DNA of 63,981 bases, the filler included, from Octopus bimaculoides (lineage: Eukaryota), in the NCBI RefSeq assembly GCF_001194135.2. It is 4 parts of 3 records of this genome, joined end to end, with 100 filler letters (N's around TTAATTAATTAA, not from the genome) between each part and the next. Parts side by side here need not be neighbours in the genome. Positions count along the whole stretch, not along the records: positions 38,790 to 61,716 come from NC_068992.1; 3 more parts are not named here. One strand, given 5' to 3'. Shown here piece by piece: positions 39,809 through 53,972 of the stretch; the stretch's first letter is position 1, and each line of letters opens with the position of its first letter. Under the pieces are notes generated by a model. The model did not search any database, was not told the origin of the DNA, and was given only the letters and a program-made list of their open reading frames with translations. Made by a program: the position numbers and the translations under genes.

Positions 39809-41166
39809 AGATTGATATATAGATAGGCTGATAGGCAGACAGATAAATCAACGTGGTATAATCAAGGCATTTACTTTGTTTCCTGTCATTTAAAAATGAC
39901 ATGGTCTCTATTCAGTAAAGAGATGACTGTAACAGAAATATCTAGCATCAGAGACAAAAGGTACAAAGCTGAGAGTTTTATTATTGTTGAGTCTATATAA
40001 TGAGGAGTCACTGCTTGAATGCTCAAGAGTCCTTACTGTCTCATTTAAGTATTTCTGCATTATAAGCACCAGGAATAGTGACAGCTCTCTTCAGTTTCTA
40101 TCCAGCAAATCCACTCAGAATAAATGGAGCTTTAGCAGAAGACACTTGCCCAAAGCTGCCATGCCATTGAACTGAATTTGAAACCATGCGTTTAGGAATC
40201 AAACATCTTCATTAACTACACAGTTATAGCTGCACCCATAAGTTAAAATATAACTAGACATGTTAAAGCAAAATATTATGTTAAAATGGTTGACTTTCAC
40301 TGAATTTGATCTTAGGATAGTAAGGTATGAAACCACATACAGCAATAACCTTTTTATATCCAGTACTAATCTTTAAAGTCTTAACTCCACCATACTTGCT
40401 AGATGGTTCTAAGATAGGTACTGTATACATAACAATGTTGAGTTAATGCCATAGCTTCTTGGACGCTAATTGAATTCTTGAGTTTGTTCTGTCTTCACGC
40501 AATGCATGAATAATCGCAAAAAGCATTAATATAAGTGTGTGTATGTATATGTATGCTGGCGTGTGCTTGTGTGTCCTTTTGTGCGCTTCTGTGCTTGCAT
40601 ATGTTTCTGTGTGTATCTACATATCTACATGTATATAAATATGTATATATAAATGTACATATGTATATGTATGTAGATATGTGTATATTTATGTGAGTTG
40701 ATACATCCACATGTAGAAATATGTATATAGACATGTACATAGACACACACATATATTTACATGTATATGCATATACATAAACGTGGACATGTGTGCATAT
40801 GTGTGTGTATTGATGTCTATGAGAGAGACAGCGAACAAGAGAGAGGAAGATATTAAGAGAGTAGGCAACAGAGAAACAATAGACATGTAAAAACAAAAAA
40901 AAGAACACGAGAAAAAACAGGGTTTTTGTTTATTTGTTATTGAGGAAAGAATGAAAATGAAGGTTGCTATATTCTATGTATTGCTCTTGTTTCTTTACAC
41001 ACACACATACATACGTGTATACATGCATGCATAAGTACATATACATATGCATACATAATTACATATATAGATACACACACAAATACACACAGATACATGT
41101 ATATAAGTATATGTGTATGTATGCTAATACATATGTATATACACACACAACATACACACTCGTGTG

Positions 41167-41209
<43 letters not shown>

Positions 41210-41429
41210 TGTGTGCATGTGCACGAGTGTATATCTATACATTCTGTTGTTTACTGAGGAATCTTGATAATGCCATTAATTACAGTCAATAAAATGTCCA
41301 ATTCTGATCAATTTTGATGACAAAGACTTCTTTCCTTCTGTGAATTCTGTGTGTTAATACATTCATATATGTGTATATCTATCTATATATGTACGTATAT
41401 ACACACATATATATATATACATATATATA

Positions 41430-41466
<37 letters not shown>

Positions 41467-41776
41467 NNNNNNNNNNNNNNNNNNNNNNNNNNNNNNNNNN
41501 NNNNNNNNNNNNNNNNNNNNNNNNNNNNNNNNNNNNNNNNNNNNNNNNNNNNNNNNNNNNNNNNNNNNNNNNNNNNNNNNNNNNNNNNNNNNNNNNNNNN
41601 NNNNNNNNNNNNNTATATATATGTATTTATATATATACATACATACATATTTATATATATATATAACACAAATAATGATGTATATTACTAATGGTTTTAC
41701 ACACACTCATATGGATAAATACATACATATATATGTATGTACATTCACCTGTCTGTCTATCAATTGATCTATATAT

Positions 41777-41831
<55 letters not shown>

Positions 41832-44666
41832 CTACATTGAACTGGACCACACCCTCACACACAAACACCCGTTTGAAAGTTTCTGAAACATATGTACAAC
41901 GGCATGGATACTTACATACATACACACCGATGTATACAGCGATTTACCAAGATAAGATACAGCAAGAAAGCAAACAAACATAGAATGGAAATTCATTGAA
42001 TGCGACAATCACATGATTTCTCCAATCACCACAGGCAGTTTATCAAATGATACATTAGAAATATTATGTTGGAATACTTGTAGAAATCTATTGGATTGTT
42101 CATTTAATATTTGTCACCTTCAAAGAACAGGGAAAATTCGTTTGATTATTGTCATATTTATATATTTCTCTATTTAACATTTACTTGTCAGTCACTGTGA
42201 TTATTAATGATAGATTACAGGATGATCTGTTGTATATGAGAATGTGAAATTTATTTGTATGGTTGAACAGATACATTAAATTTGAGTGTTGGCATGGAAT
42301 TTGTTAGTGAAGGTGGGCATTCATTAGAAGCTTCTATACAGGTAAGCATAGATGCCTCTAAAGCAGAGTCATTAGAGTATTGGATAGAATCTCTTGCAGT
42401 ATTTGTTCTGATAGGAACACACATGACTGTGTAGTAAGTGGTTTGCTTCGCAACCACATGGTTCTAGATTCAGTCATACTGTGTGGTACCTTGGGCAAGT
42501 GTCTTTTACTATAGCCCTGGGCAGACCAAAGCCTTGTGAGTGGATTTGCTAGAGGAAAACTGAAAGGAGCTCATCATATATATATATATATATATATTTA
42601 ATCATAAATAACAAGAGAAATATACTATGATAAAATTTATTTTAACTTGAGAAATTCTTATTTAACAACAATTGTTTCACAGCTTAATAAACTTGTATAG
42701 ATAATTTATTATATTATATTTTATAATAAATAATAAATTACTTACATCATTGCATTAATATATGAACTATCTTTAAATGAATGCTGATATCAAAGTAGCT
42801 CTTCCAGTTAAAAGAAGTCCATATTAAAATAAGATCTCGACATAACGTTTCAAGAATTCTGACTTGGTGTTCTTAAAACGCTATGTCAAGAACACACCAC
42901 TCTATTTAGACAACGTGTGTTCATAACACACATTGCCTAAGAGGAGGAGGTATCCTTTGATGACGTAAAACAACAGTGATCAGGTATTTATGCAGAAATT
43001 TGCAAGAACTTATAGTATGAAGAGATATGTTATTGTTTCAATTCTCACCGTTCTGCATGAACCCTATTCAGAAAACAGATGAATAAAGAAGCAGGTTGAC
43101 AATTTAATTTATGTCTTTTTTTCTGTTCTCTCACATGTAATTAAAATGTGCATCTCTGAAATCAACTGATGGGGCCCATAATAATCCACATGTAATCTCA
43201 ATTTCATAGTGCTAAGTTGTTGAGAGCCAAATCTCATTCCCACCTCAATCTCTCTCTCTCTCTCTCTCTCTCTCTTTATCTTGGACATGATACAAGTTTA
43301 GCATTGATATTCTCAGAAGATCCTAATTTATTGTTGAATTAACAAATAATAGAATTATAATCCAACCAAACACGAGGTAAAATTCTTGTGGTAGATTGAA
43401 ATTCAAAACTTATGCAAGCATCCCACTATGCAATTAATCACATAATCATTTTAACTTTCTAATTTAAATGATGATATTGAGCATTACATTTGAAGTGGAG
43501 GAAGAGAATTAAAAGAGTGCTCTATGTCAAGTTGAGTGATGACATCTGGATAGTGTTGCAAATCAAAAGTAAATGCATTAATTTTATTGGAGATACATCA
43601 CAAGTTTTGAATTAAAGTGAGAAAATATATATTACATGTCAATATAAAAGTGACACATACAAGCTTGCTAATGTTACATGAAGATATAACAGGGATATCA
43701 AATGGTTTGGTTGGTTTATTATTCCATCACTGAAGCAACATAGAAGGCTACTGGTGGTTTTGAATAAAGGGGGAGTGGGGTGGACTGCTGGAAAGCAAGC
43801 TGGGGCTTGATCAATCCTGACTGGATCAACTGGGTAGAAGAGAGGGTCTGATGCTGAAAGATCCCAAAAGATCCCAGAAGCATCACTAATATTGCATCTC
43901 AGAACATCTCTGAGATGTTTCTTGGAATATGTTATATATATATATAGGTATATAGGTATTTTATTGCAATAATCCTCCACTTTTAGTTTTACAAATAACT
44001 GACCAGATTAAGATATTTATAAAATATAAAACAACATTGGTTTGTCACTCTCTCCAGCTGCTGTTGATTTTAATATTTTAATTTTTATATTCACTATTTA
44101 ATAAACAAATAGATAATGATAAAACAAAGAGTCTGAGTAACTTTTCAGATTTACTCTTAGAATTATTCCTATCTTGGAGGTCAAACTGTATATTAAGATT
44201 AGTAATATACTTATCTCATAGGTTAAAAGGTAAATTAAGAATGATAGTATCTTTAATGTATTTCTTACAAACAAACACTCTAATATCCTTCCTGATCTGG
44301 AATCAGAAACAAACAAGTCCTGATATGAATTTCTAAATCTTACATAATCCAGCTCTTAACAAATAATTCTCATTGCTACTAACTACTATGTAGTCTTCAG
44401 ATGAATATGGGATACATTATGCAGTAGATGTAAAGAGAGTGGTGATACTGTCGGAATCACTACTGATAAATAGTCAATGGCTTTAAGAGAAGAAAGAAAT
44501 GTATCAGACACAAATTGGTGTTAATTTCTATTAATATTAGAATTGATCAGTGAACATTTATGGTTACATTGATATGAGAAATGACCAAAAGTATAACTGA
44601 TTAAATTTGGTATCAGAAAAAGCTGAAAGCAAATTGTGAAAGAAATCAAAGAATTTTTGGACTTAC

Positions 44667-44788
44667 AGTTTTGGTTCCCAAATTTTTAACAGTGCACTTC
44701 AAAACAGCCAACTCTCCCCTAGTTACTGAAACATTAGTTGGGGTTGACATCAACTCTGGTCCTTGTTTCCCATGTCGTTGATGTTTAC
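44667..44788 (-). CDS. Isolated exon encoding the start of an Ig domain, Dpr / zig-8 (zwei Ig)-like cell-surface protein
   Basis: 122 nt, phase 1/0. Acceptor CATCCCTCTTTTCAG|, donor |GTAAGT. Translates (G)KHQRHGKQGPELMSTPTNVSVTRGELAVLKCTVKNLGTKT, covering Ig strands A-A'-B with the B-strand Cys. The exon ends at LGxKT, as is typical of the Dpr/zig-8 family. Other exons were not found. Confidence 0.65.
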
Positions 44789-47700
44789 CTGAAAAGAGGG
44801 ATGAAATGAAGAATGATAGGCATAATCCATTTGGTGATTATTGTAGAGAAGCTAAATCTAGAGTAATTTCATATCATTTGCATTATTAATGATTCTGCTA
44901 TGTCACAAATTTCATTTACACTTGTCTTAAAGGCAACACAGCTAATTAACAATTGATGGATTGGGATGATTAAGAATATTCAAGAACATAAGATATTTTG
45001 ATGTTAGGTGAGCGTGCAAGGGAATTGAGGAACAACTCAGTGTTGAAAGCTTCTATTAACATGCACTTAAAATATATTTGTATTTGTATGGACCATAACT
45101 GGGAATGGTTGAATGGCAATGGAGGTTATCCATGATAGAAGAAAACCAAATATGTTACAGGGAAGAAATGTTGAGATAGGATATCTAAGATGCTAGCTGG
45201 TCTTCACAGAGAAGTAACACAGAGCTAAAAGGCTGTAGTAGTTTGACATATTGCTAACTTGCCCAACCTACGTCAACATGAAAACTTGCATGCTAAAACA
45301 GTAATATAATGTTGATAAACTACTTTATATCTGTAAAACCAATAATTATTTTATCAATGATATATTGCGATATACCTTATAAATATATGTATGTAAGTAT
45401 GTACGTACACATGTATGTAGGTATGTATTTATTCATATGTGTGTGTATGACACACACATTTATATCAATATATTAAATATATATAAACGCATATTTATCA
45501 ATGTAAATATGAATTTTTATAATGGATAAATGATAGATGATAAAGTTCTCTGACTCTGCTGTTGTGGAAGATATCTCTTGTAGAAGACCAAGGAAATTAT
45601 ATGAAGAGGTGCTAAGAGAAAATATTGAGTAAGAGATACTAGCTTTCCATTACAGAAATGATACAAATACTGGATTATGTGGTGTATAAATGTTCCATAA
45701 GGCTAATTTACCCAAAGCACCAACATGGAATCATGGATGTTATAACAACAATGAGGATAAATTCTTTTCCAATATTTCTGTAAAGTAAATAATTATTTTA
45801 TTGGAGTATTTTATTAATGTACATACCCTTATTGAATAATATATAATAATATCTTCATAGTTGATACAAACTTATGAGCGGTGAGTTCCACTTCCAGTAT
45901 TTTGTACATTTTAGCTATTCCACTAAATGAATATTTGTTTTGATAAGTTAAAATTTCAAAACTGCCAGTACTAAAATGGTCTCATTTTGTTATTAACACA
46001 CATTGTGGTCATAGAAATTTCTATAATGGTCACAGAAGGTAAAACAAGATCAAAACAGAATATAAAAACATTTTATGACTTGTCTGGTATTCTATCAGAG
46101 ACATGGAAATAGTAATTGCAGCAGTGACATATTTAGTGATAAGAGCAGCTGCACAGGTGAAATATGGCGGCAAGGTAAACAGTTCTTATGACAGTAGTAA
46201 AAAAAATATGAAAAAAAAAAAGCATAGGAATGTGTGTGTGTGAAAGAGAGAAAGTGGAGGAGGGGCAGTTTTGTATAGTGTTTGTTGTAGAAAGGTATTT
46301 TCATTCAACAACCTGCTTTGATTTTAGAATTAATAATGAATGAATCTAGTTCAAATATGATATGCTTTATTGTGAATGATTTATTTGGGTGTATAGAGGA
46401 TATAAAAACAAAGAACAATAAATTATGGCATAGAGAAAATTTTGTACATCATCTGAAGTGTAAAAGGTAACTTTATGCATATGAAGAAAAAGACAATCCA
46501 TCAGAAAAATGTTGTCTGACAGAATTATCTGCCATACAGACATCAAGAATTCTGTGCACAGAAGCATTTGAGAAGATTTCATGATATTTTCTGTTATTAT
46601 TTCAAAGATAATAAAAACTAAAAGAAAATTGTTCTTCTTATTGTTGATGTTTAAAGCTTTTTGCTTACCCGAACCATAATATTCTGGTTAAATTTTCTTG
46701 CAGTATGTACTTGAGTATTACTTTAGAGTGGAGAATGAGCAGAACAGAGTGTGGCACAAAATGTATTACAGTAATTGTTCTGGTTCTTTACATTTTGAGT
46801 TCTAATCCCGTTGTGATCAACATCACCTTTTATCCTTCCACGGTCAATAAAATGAATCACCAGTTAAATTTTGGGGGTTCAATACCCTCAAAGGTTTTGC
46901 CCTCTGAAATCTGAGACCTTGTAACTGTGTAAGAAAGCAATACTTACTTGTGTCCCCTTTTATTCTGAATTCAAATTCTGCTTGCATTTGACAACTTTCA
47001 TCCCTTCTTGGAATCAATAAAATAAGAACCACCAGCAATGTATGTAGATTATCAAAGTCTCTTTACACATACACCTACAAATGTGTGGTTTTTTGTAACA
47101 ATGCTAAAAAATCAATACTGGCTTCATACAAGATTGGTAAATCGTCAGAACCAGTTGAGTGCCAGACTACATGTAGCTACATCTGTTAACTCACCATTTT
47201 TATTTATTGGAATGCTTCATTTTATTGCACTTGGAAGGATAAAAGGTAAAGTTGTTGTTGATTAGATTTGATCTCAGAATCAAGAGGTTTGAAATTAAAT
47301 ATAGTAAAGTAGGGGTGGCAGTTGTCTTGCCAGCAGTTACAATTTTACCAGATTTCAAATTTAAAAGCTCAGACTAGCAAAGTCGATAAAAACCCAAGTA
47401 ATGAACAAATAAATGGTTCAAAAGTTAAGGTTTAAACAGTAAGTTAAATATTTATGAATTTGTAAATTCAAGGGTTCATTTTTTGTCTCAGTACCCCACA
47501 TGAATTTTTATGCCTTTACCATTTGCCCCTGATAGTAAAAAAATCCTGACCCCCTGCTATAAAGCATCTAATCTAACATTTGTCTATGTGTCTATCTTCA
47601 CGACTTATAGCTTTCATATTTATGAATTATTAACATGCAACCATTCAGATTTTTCACAAACAACTGTCAGCATGGTTAAACGTGAAAGTGTGACGAATAC

Positions 47701-50700
47701 CAAATGAGGTGTTAATACCTACACTAGATAAACATTTTAAACAGAAGACTAGACACCAAAAATAACTGGAACATATGCTGTTGCAATAAGATAAAAAAAG
47801 AGAGAAAGCGAAAAAGAAGATACACATTTTTCTTTAAATGTACATTAGATGTAAATAAATATTTAGAAAAATATAATTTAATTCCAACATATCGAAAAAT
47901 TCTTCAGGCTGGTTCAGCAAAATTTATTTGCTTGGGCATAAACAGATGTCAAAATAAAATAGTTTGTGTGGGGAAAAAAGATAAAAAAGACAAAAATATT
48001 ATTTAGCTGTCTTTAACAGTTCAGCAGAGTAAAAAAAAATTGTTTATGTGTGTGTGTGTGTTTGTGTATGTTATTAGATGTCTTGGATTTCCAAAATTAT
48101 TGATGCTAGCTAACATGTCTGGATATAAAATGATGTTAGGAGAAGCCATGTTTTAGCATGGTATAGTTTATAGCTTATTCTTCTTTTGGTAGATGATTGA
48201 TCTTCTTACATGCAATTGGCTCTGCCAGTGATGCCTACATCTTGCTAGTGTCCAATGAGCACAGTGAGTCAAAAGTTAAAACCAAAGTTAGAAATAAACT
48301 AAACTAATACAACCCAATTTATGAGAACAATCTCCTGCACTACTTGCATCTTGAGAGCTCTGTCCATTAGTACAATCACTGATGTACATGATTTTAATGC
48401 TGAGATGTACAATGATCATTTCTTTGTGTCTGTTACTTTTTGTCTCTTTGAAGAGTATTAACAATGAAAGTTAAGAAAAATCTCAATGCAATTTCAATAC
48501 AATACAAATCTCAAAATGCAACTTTTTTAATGTTAATTTTATATGCATGAAGCAATGGAACTTGTATTGATATTTAAACAAAGCACATCTAATGCAAACC
48601 AAATGAAAGGCCTTTTTATTTTCCTTTTCTTTGTTTTTTTTTGTTTTTTTTATTATTCTCTCCCATCTTGTGAAAAACTTCAAAGAAATCTAGGTATGAT
48701 TAATTAACAAAAACATGATTTTACTCACTATATTTTGTTTTCTATTATATATTAATTTTTTACTTTCACAAATTTTTCTAGTGTTAAATTAGATCAAAAT
48801 TTCATAATCATATTTAGACAAAAAAAAAAATTAATAAATGAAAATAAAGGAAGAACAAAACGTTTCAAATGAATATGCAGAAGGTGGCAGAAACTGCAAA
48901 GCAATGAACACCATTTTCAACTGTCTTCCATTTTGTTCTAGATTTTGAAATGAAATCCCACAGGGGTCAATGGTGCTACAATCAGATTGGGTGGAGGAGA
49001 AAACAATGCAACATCCAATTACTGGGGTTGGGGTTCTTGACTCAACTGAGCATATCTTGTAACCTTGTGTTGTCTAAGAAATCATTCCATTTTAAACAAT
49101 GGTGTTCCTAAACATTTGGAAATATACTTAGAAATTATCTCCTTGTACGTATAACCACAGGCTTTCATAGTTTTTGTCCACCAAATTTACTCACAAGGCA
49201 TTGGTTGGACTAAGGTATAGTACAAGATACTTGCCCAAGTTGCTACACTGTGGGTTCAAGCCAAAATCCACAGCAGTACAAAGAAAATTACTCAACCATA
49301 CAACCAAGCTTCATATAATTTTCAACTGGGCAAGAACACTGCACTTTATGTAAATAACTCTCCTTATCAAGGCCTAGTTGATCTCTACCAACAGCTAGAA
49401 TATGGTTAAATTAAATGGAGGGATGTATCAGTACACCTACAGTATTTTGTACTTTAACACTCATCAGCCAGTAGTCTGATTATTATTTTTTTTATTCTAC
49501 ACAATGTTGGGAGGCCTTTTTGGAGTTACTTAATCTACTAGAAATCTCAGTCAAATGAACTTTCAAATCACAATTTATCATCTTAAATAAGATTGCCATG
49601 GACGAAATACTTTTGATTATAATTCTGCTGAATCAGGGTTGATCTAAGCTAAATGACAGCACAATGGATGAACAGAAAAGGCACAATAAATGCAGCTCCA
49701 GTTTTATAAGAGACTGGAGTGGACAAGGCCTCAAAAGCAATTTAATCTTCAGTAAAGTAGTTGTCAGATATATTGCTGTAAATCCCTCCGATCAAATTGT
49801 GAAGAAATCTTTCCATTTTACAGCCTGGTCTCTTGTAAACTTCCAACTTATTAAATGAAATTTCTGTTTCCAAACAGCCTCATGAAAATATTTGCCTTGC
49901 AAGATAATAAAAAGGCTGCCTCAAGCATCCCAGTTCATAAGATCGGATCTTAATCAAGGTTTCAGAGTAGTCTGGCTTAATGTACCACATTCCCTGCTAA
50001 ATAGGTTATCAGTTTGTCAACAGGCTAGTCTACAACTACTAGTGGTACTCATTTTCAGTTGAATGTATGGAACAATGTTAAATGAAAGGCACTTTTAGGA
50101 CACTTATTGCCTAGTTTGAAAACGAACCAAGACCTAATGATTGTGAGCCCAATCGTCCTAACTACTGAGACCTAACAAAAAATACAGTCAATTTTGCATA
50201 ACTTGCTGCTTAAAACTGTGAGCTTTATCCCACAAAATAGCTATTGATAACTAGCTAGCAAGAACTCACAACCTCGTGATTGTAAGCACAACACCCTAAC
50301 CAGTAGGCCATACACCTTCACATGCAAACAAAACTCTCACCAGTTACATAATGCACTTCATACTTATAACACTGAGGTGTACCTTGCAAATGTAGCTATT
50401 TATAGACAGCTTTCATGAAGCAATCAGTGTTAAGCTCCTTGAATGTGAACACCATACAGTACTAGTTATGTGATAGTAACTATAGTAACTACGTGGAATA
50501 ATTGACCAAAAGTCTGAGATCCTATTGATTTAGTGATCAAGAGCAATGATAAACTCACACATAACCTTACTCTCAAAGGTTCAAAACTTAAGTTTAAATT
50601 CTAACAGAGCAATAGTCATCCTTAATTTGATTGGTAATGTTGTTTATTCCAAATGATTTCTCCAGAGAACAACAATAAATAACGTTATATTTTTACATTA

Positions 50701-51570
50701 TCTAACATTTCCCAAAATGGTTTTCGTGCAAATATACAAGAACTGAGACTAAGAAAGTTGAAGCATACTTGCCATCAACTTCAACTTAAATAAAACTTCA
50801 GATAAACGTTGCCAACACACACACACACACAGAGTTTCTCTCTCTCTCTCTCTCTCACACACATACACTCACTCTCCTATATTCACACGTTCATACATAT
50901 ACACGTTGGTACAGAAATAAGTTTTACTTGACACAATAAGTGGAAATGCTGGTCAGAGAAATGAGAAAAAAAGCATTTTACTTTCTTAAAAATTAAAATT
51001 CATTCCGTCTTGTTACAAGATAAGAAATAAAAGATAAAAGATAGAAGAAAATGGCTAAAGAAATTAAAAGAATAAACAATAAAATATTTTTAAAAAAACA
51101 TACACACACACACAAAAGAAATTGCAAAACTAAAAATGATTAACAATGAAGAATACATTGAAAGAAGAATGAAAAATCTAAAAATTCTAAGATGTGGCTG
51201 ACATTAGTTTGGTGATGAACAGAAAGCTATATATCACAAGCCAGAAGATTGTTTTAATAGGTGGCAGTTCTCTAGCTCTGAATTTTTATAATATATTGAT
51301 TTCAAACTAGTGAACTATTAAAGCAGCAACCTAGCTATCCACAAGAAAAGATGAATGTTCAAATAGTTTTGTTTTAAATATTTCAGAATGTTCTACAAGT
51401 GTGTCATTCATTGTTTGGCTTAACATTGCGACTTTACATTGTGTTATATTTATTTGAGTATATCGATAGAGTTGTTGGTGATTCCTATATGGTTTAACAC
51501 AAGAATTGCATCCTGTCCATTGGTTATACACTTAACTCTCAATAAGAATAATATATAATATTATACATAT

Positions 51571-51600
<30 letters not shown>

Positions 51601-51605
<5 letters not shown>

Positions 51606-51985
51606 GACGAGTGACAGGGACCTTCTCTTTGTGGCTGGAGACTTCAACGGTCATGTCGGACGTCGTGCTGGGGGCTTCCATGGCATACATGGAGGCTATG
51701 GCTTCGGTTCCCGCAACGAGGAGGGAACCAGACTGCTGGAGTTCTGTGATGCAACCAATCTTATGGTCTGCAATACCAACTTCAGGAAACCTGCCANNNN
51801 NNNNNNNNNNNNNNNNNNNNNNNNNNNNNNNNNNNNNNNNNNNNNNNNNNNNNNNNNNNNNNNNNNNNNNNNNNNNNNNNNNNNNNNNNNNNNATCCGGT
51901 TTCACCAGTCCTCAGTCAAATCGTCCAACCCATGCTAGCATGGAAAGCGGACGTTAAACGATGATGATGATGATGATGATGATAT
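51601..51985 (+). mobile_element. RTE-clade LINE: AP-endonuclease fragment, gap, then 3' tail ending in (GAT)n
   Basis: Open frame ...LLFVAGDFNGHVG...GGYGFGSRNEEGTRLLEFCDATNLMVCNTNFRKP with the APE GDFN motif and RTE-type GYG..RN.EG..LLEFC. After the N gap comes the shared 3' tail. Both flanks are (TA)n. Confidence 0.85.
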
Positions 51986-52799
51986 ATATATTTTAACATA
52001 TATTCTTATTCTTTTTATTCTTTTACTTGTTTCAATTATTTTAACAGTGGCCATGCTGGATCACTGCCTTTCAGTTGAAGAAATTGACCCCTGGACTGAT
52101 TCTTTGTAAGCCTGGTACTTTTGCTGAACTGCTAAGTTACAGACACATTAACACACCAACAATGGTTGTCAAGCAATGGTGGGGGGAACAAACACTGATA
52201 TGAACACACAAAGTCTGAGGCTTTATAGTAGAAGACACTTGGCCAAAGGTGCCATACAGTGGGACTGAACCCAGGACCATGTGGTCGGGAAGCAAGCTTC
52301 TTACCACACAGCCACACCACACACATTACATGCCTATATTACAGACACCTATATATATATATTACACACACCTGTAAATATGGGATGGTCATGGCTATAA
52401 TGATCAAAAATTCGCAAATTTGCTTGGTCAGCTCTGACCATGGGCTGAACAATAACAACTTAATTATTAAATTTCTGTTAAGTAATTTTCATTGATAATG
52501 CTGTCTCATTCGATTCATTAAGATTCTTGAATGTGTTTTCCATTCTGAAAAGACTGTAGACTTTTACTTTCAATCGGCAAATATACAATGAATAGGGTTT
52601 TCACTTATCAAAGCCATTCCAATGTTTTATTAAATACAATTATGTGAAATCGATACAGCAACAAAAATATCTCCGGTATGGAGCAATAACATAAACAAGT
52701 GTTATTCTCTCTCAAGAATGGCATTCACATTTTATAACTACAAATCACTTTGTTGACCTTCAATATTTCCAAATATTAATAACAATAACAACAACTACA

Positions 52800-52835
52800 A
52801 TAACCATTTTAACGATAATAATGATGATGATGATG

Positions 52836-52878
<43 letters not shown>

Positions 52879-52999
52879 TGACCTCTGATGGTAGGCTGCT
52901 GTCCGCTCTCACAGAATCTACCGGAACAGACAAGACTGAATGTTCTGAGAAGTATAACAATAATAATAATGATGATGATGATGATGATGATGACGATAG

Positions 53000-53070
<71 letters not shown>

Positions 53071-53694
53071 CGATAGTGATGATGATGATGATGATGATGA
53101 TGACGATAGTGATGATGGTGATAAGCAGAGAAAGAAAGGAAGTAAGAAGAAATAATGGAGGAGTAACAACCAAGTTCGAGAAATATGCCAAAGAAATCAG
53201 AATTGACATGAGAACAGAGCAAGCCCCCCCGAAAAACTTCTCTGCAGGGGAGACAGGGGTAGGGATTTGGAGATTGGTACTCGGATGTTGAATGTCTCAC
53301 ACGATAAATAACAACCAAGTATCAAAGCTTATGATGTGCAGAAATTCGGTTAAAGAAATATTCTGATTGCAGAGGGTTTCAACAGAAGTAATTACAGAAG
53401 TTATAGCCACCTTAGGCATCTTCACCAACAGATTTAATGGGTTCCTAATTGAGATTGGTGTGACTCACACACAATTGCATTGATTGAGAAATATTCTCTT
53501 TTGGGGAACAGCAAGAATTGTCAGAAAGGTCCTCAATATCTAAGGAAACCGGTTGTGACCTGATATCAAAAAACATTGATTCCGAATCTGTAAAACATTC
53601 GTACATACCATAAAAACAAACAATAAAAACAACAGCAACAACAACAATAATAATAATAATAACTGCAGCAGCAGCAACAGCAGCGGTGGTGGTG

Positions 53695-53772
<78 letters not shown>

Positions 53773-53853
53773 ATGGTGGTGGTGGTNNNNNNNNNNGTAG
53801 TAGTAGTAGTAGTAGTAGTAGTGGTGATGGTGGTGGTGGTGATGGTGGTGGTA

Positions 53854-53901
<48 letters not shown>

Positions 53902-53972
53902 ATGGTGGTGGTGGTGGTGGTGGTGGTATTAGTTGTAGTAGTAGTAGTAGTAGTAATGATAATAATAATAAT
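52800..53972. repeat. Compound trinucleotide microsatellites: (AAT)(GAT)n and (AAC)(AGT)(GGT)n
   Basis: Direct reading: 52800-53120 and 53630-53972. Confidence 0.95.
53300..53660 (+). mobile_element. Older RLE-type (R4/Dong-like) LINE 3' remnant
   Basis: Degenerate KYQSL..EI and VITEVIATLG...LFWGTARIVRKVLNI*, matching the GALG...GTARILRKVL C-terminus of this group. Followed by (AAC)/(AAT)n. Confidence 0.55.

Noticed and set aside
43639-43980. 113-aa minus-strand ORF near the Ig exon
   Set aside because: No recognisable domain or Ig motif and no convincing splice sites.
49750-49830. Minus-strand NISDNYFT, resembling a piggyBac DNxFT motif
   Set aside because: A single short motif flanked by stops with no supporting transposase sequence.
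51387-51457. Plus-strand acceptor followed by CSTSVSFIVWLNIATLHCVIFI*, resembling a GPI-type tail
   Set aside because: It is on the opposite strand to the Ig exon, and T-rich DNA gives hydrophobic peptides by chance.
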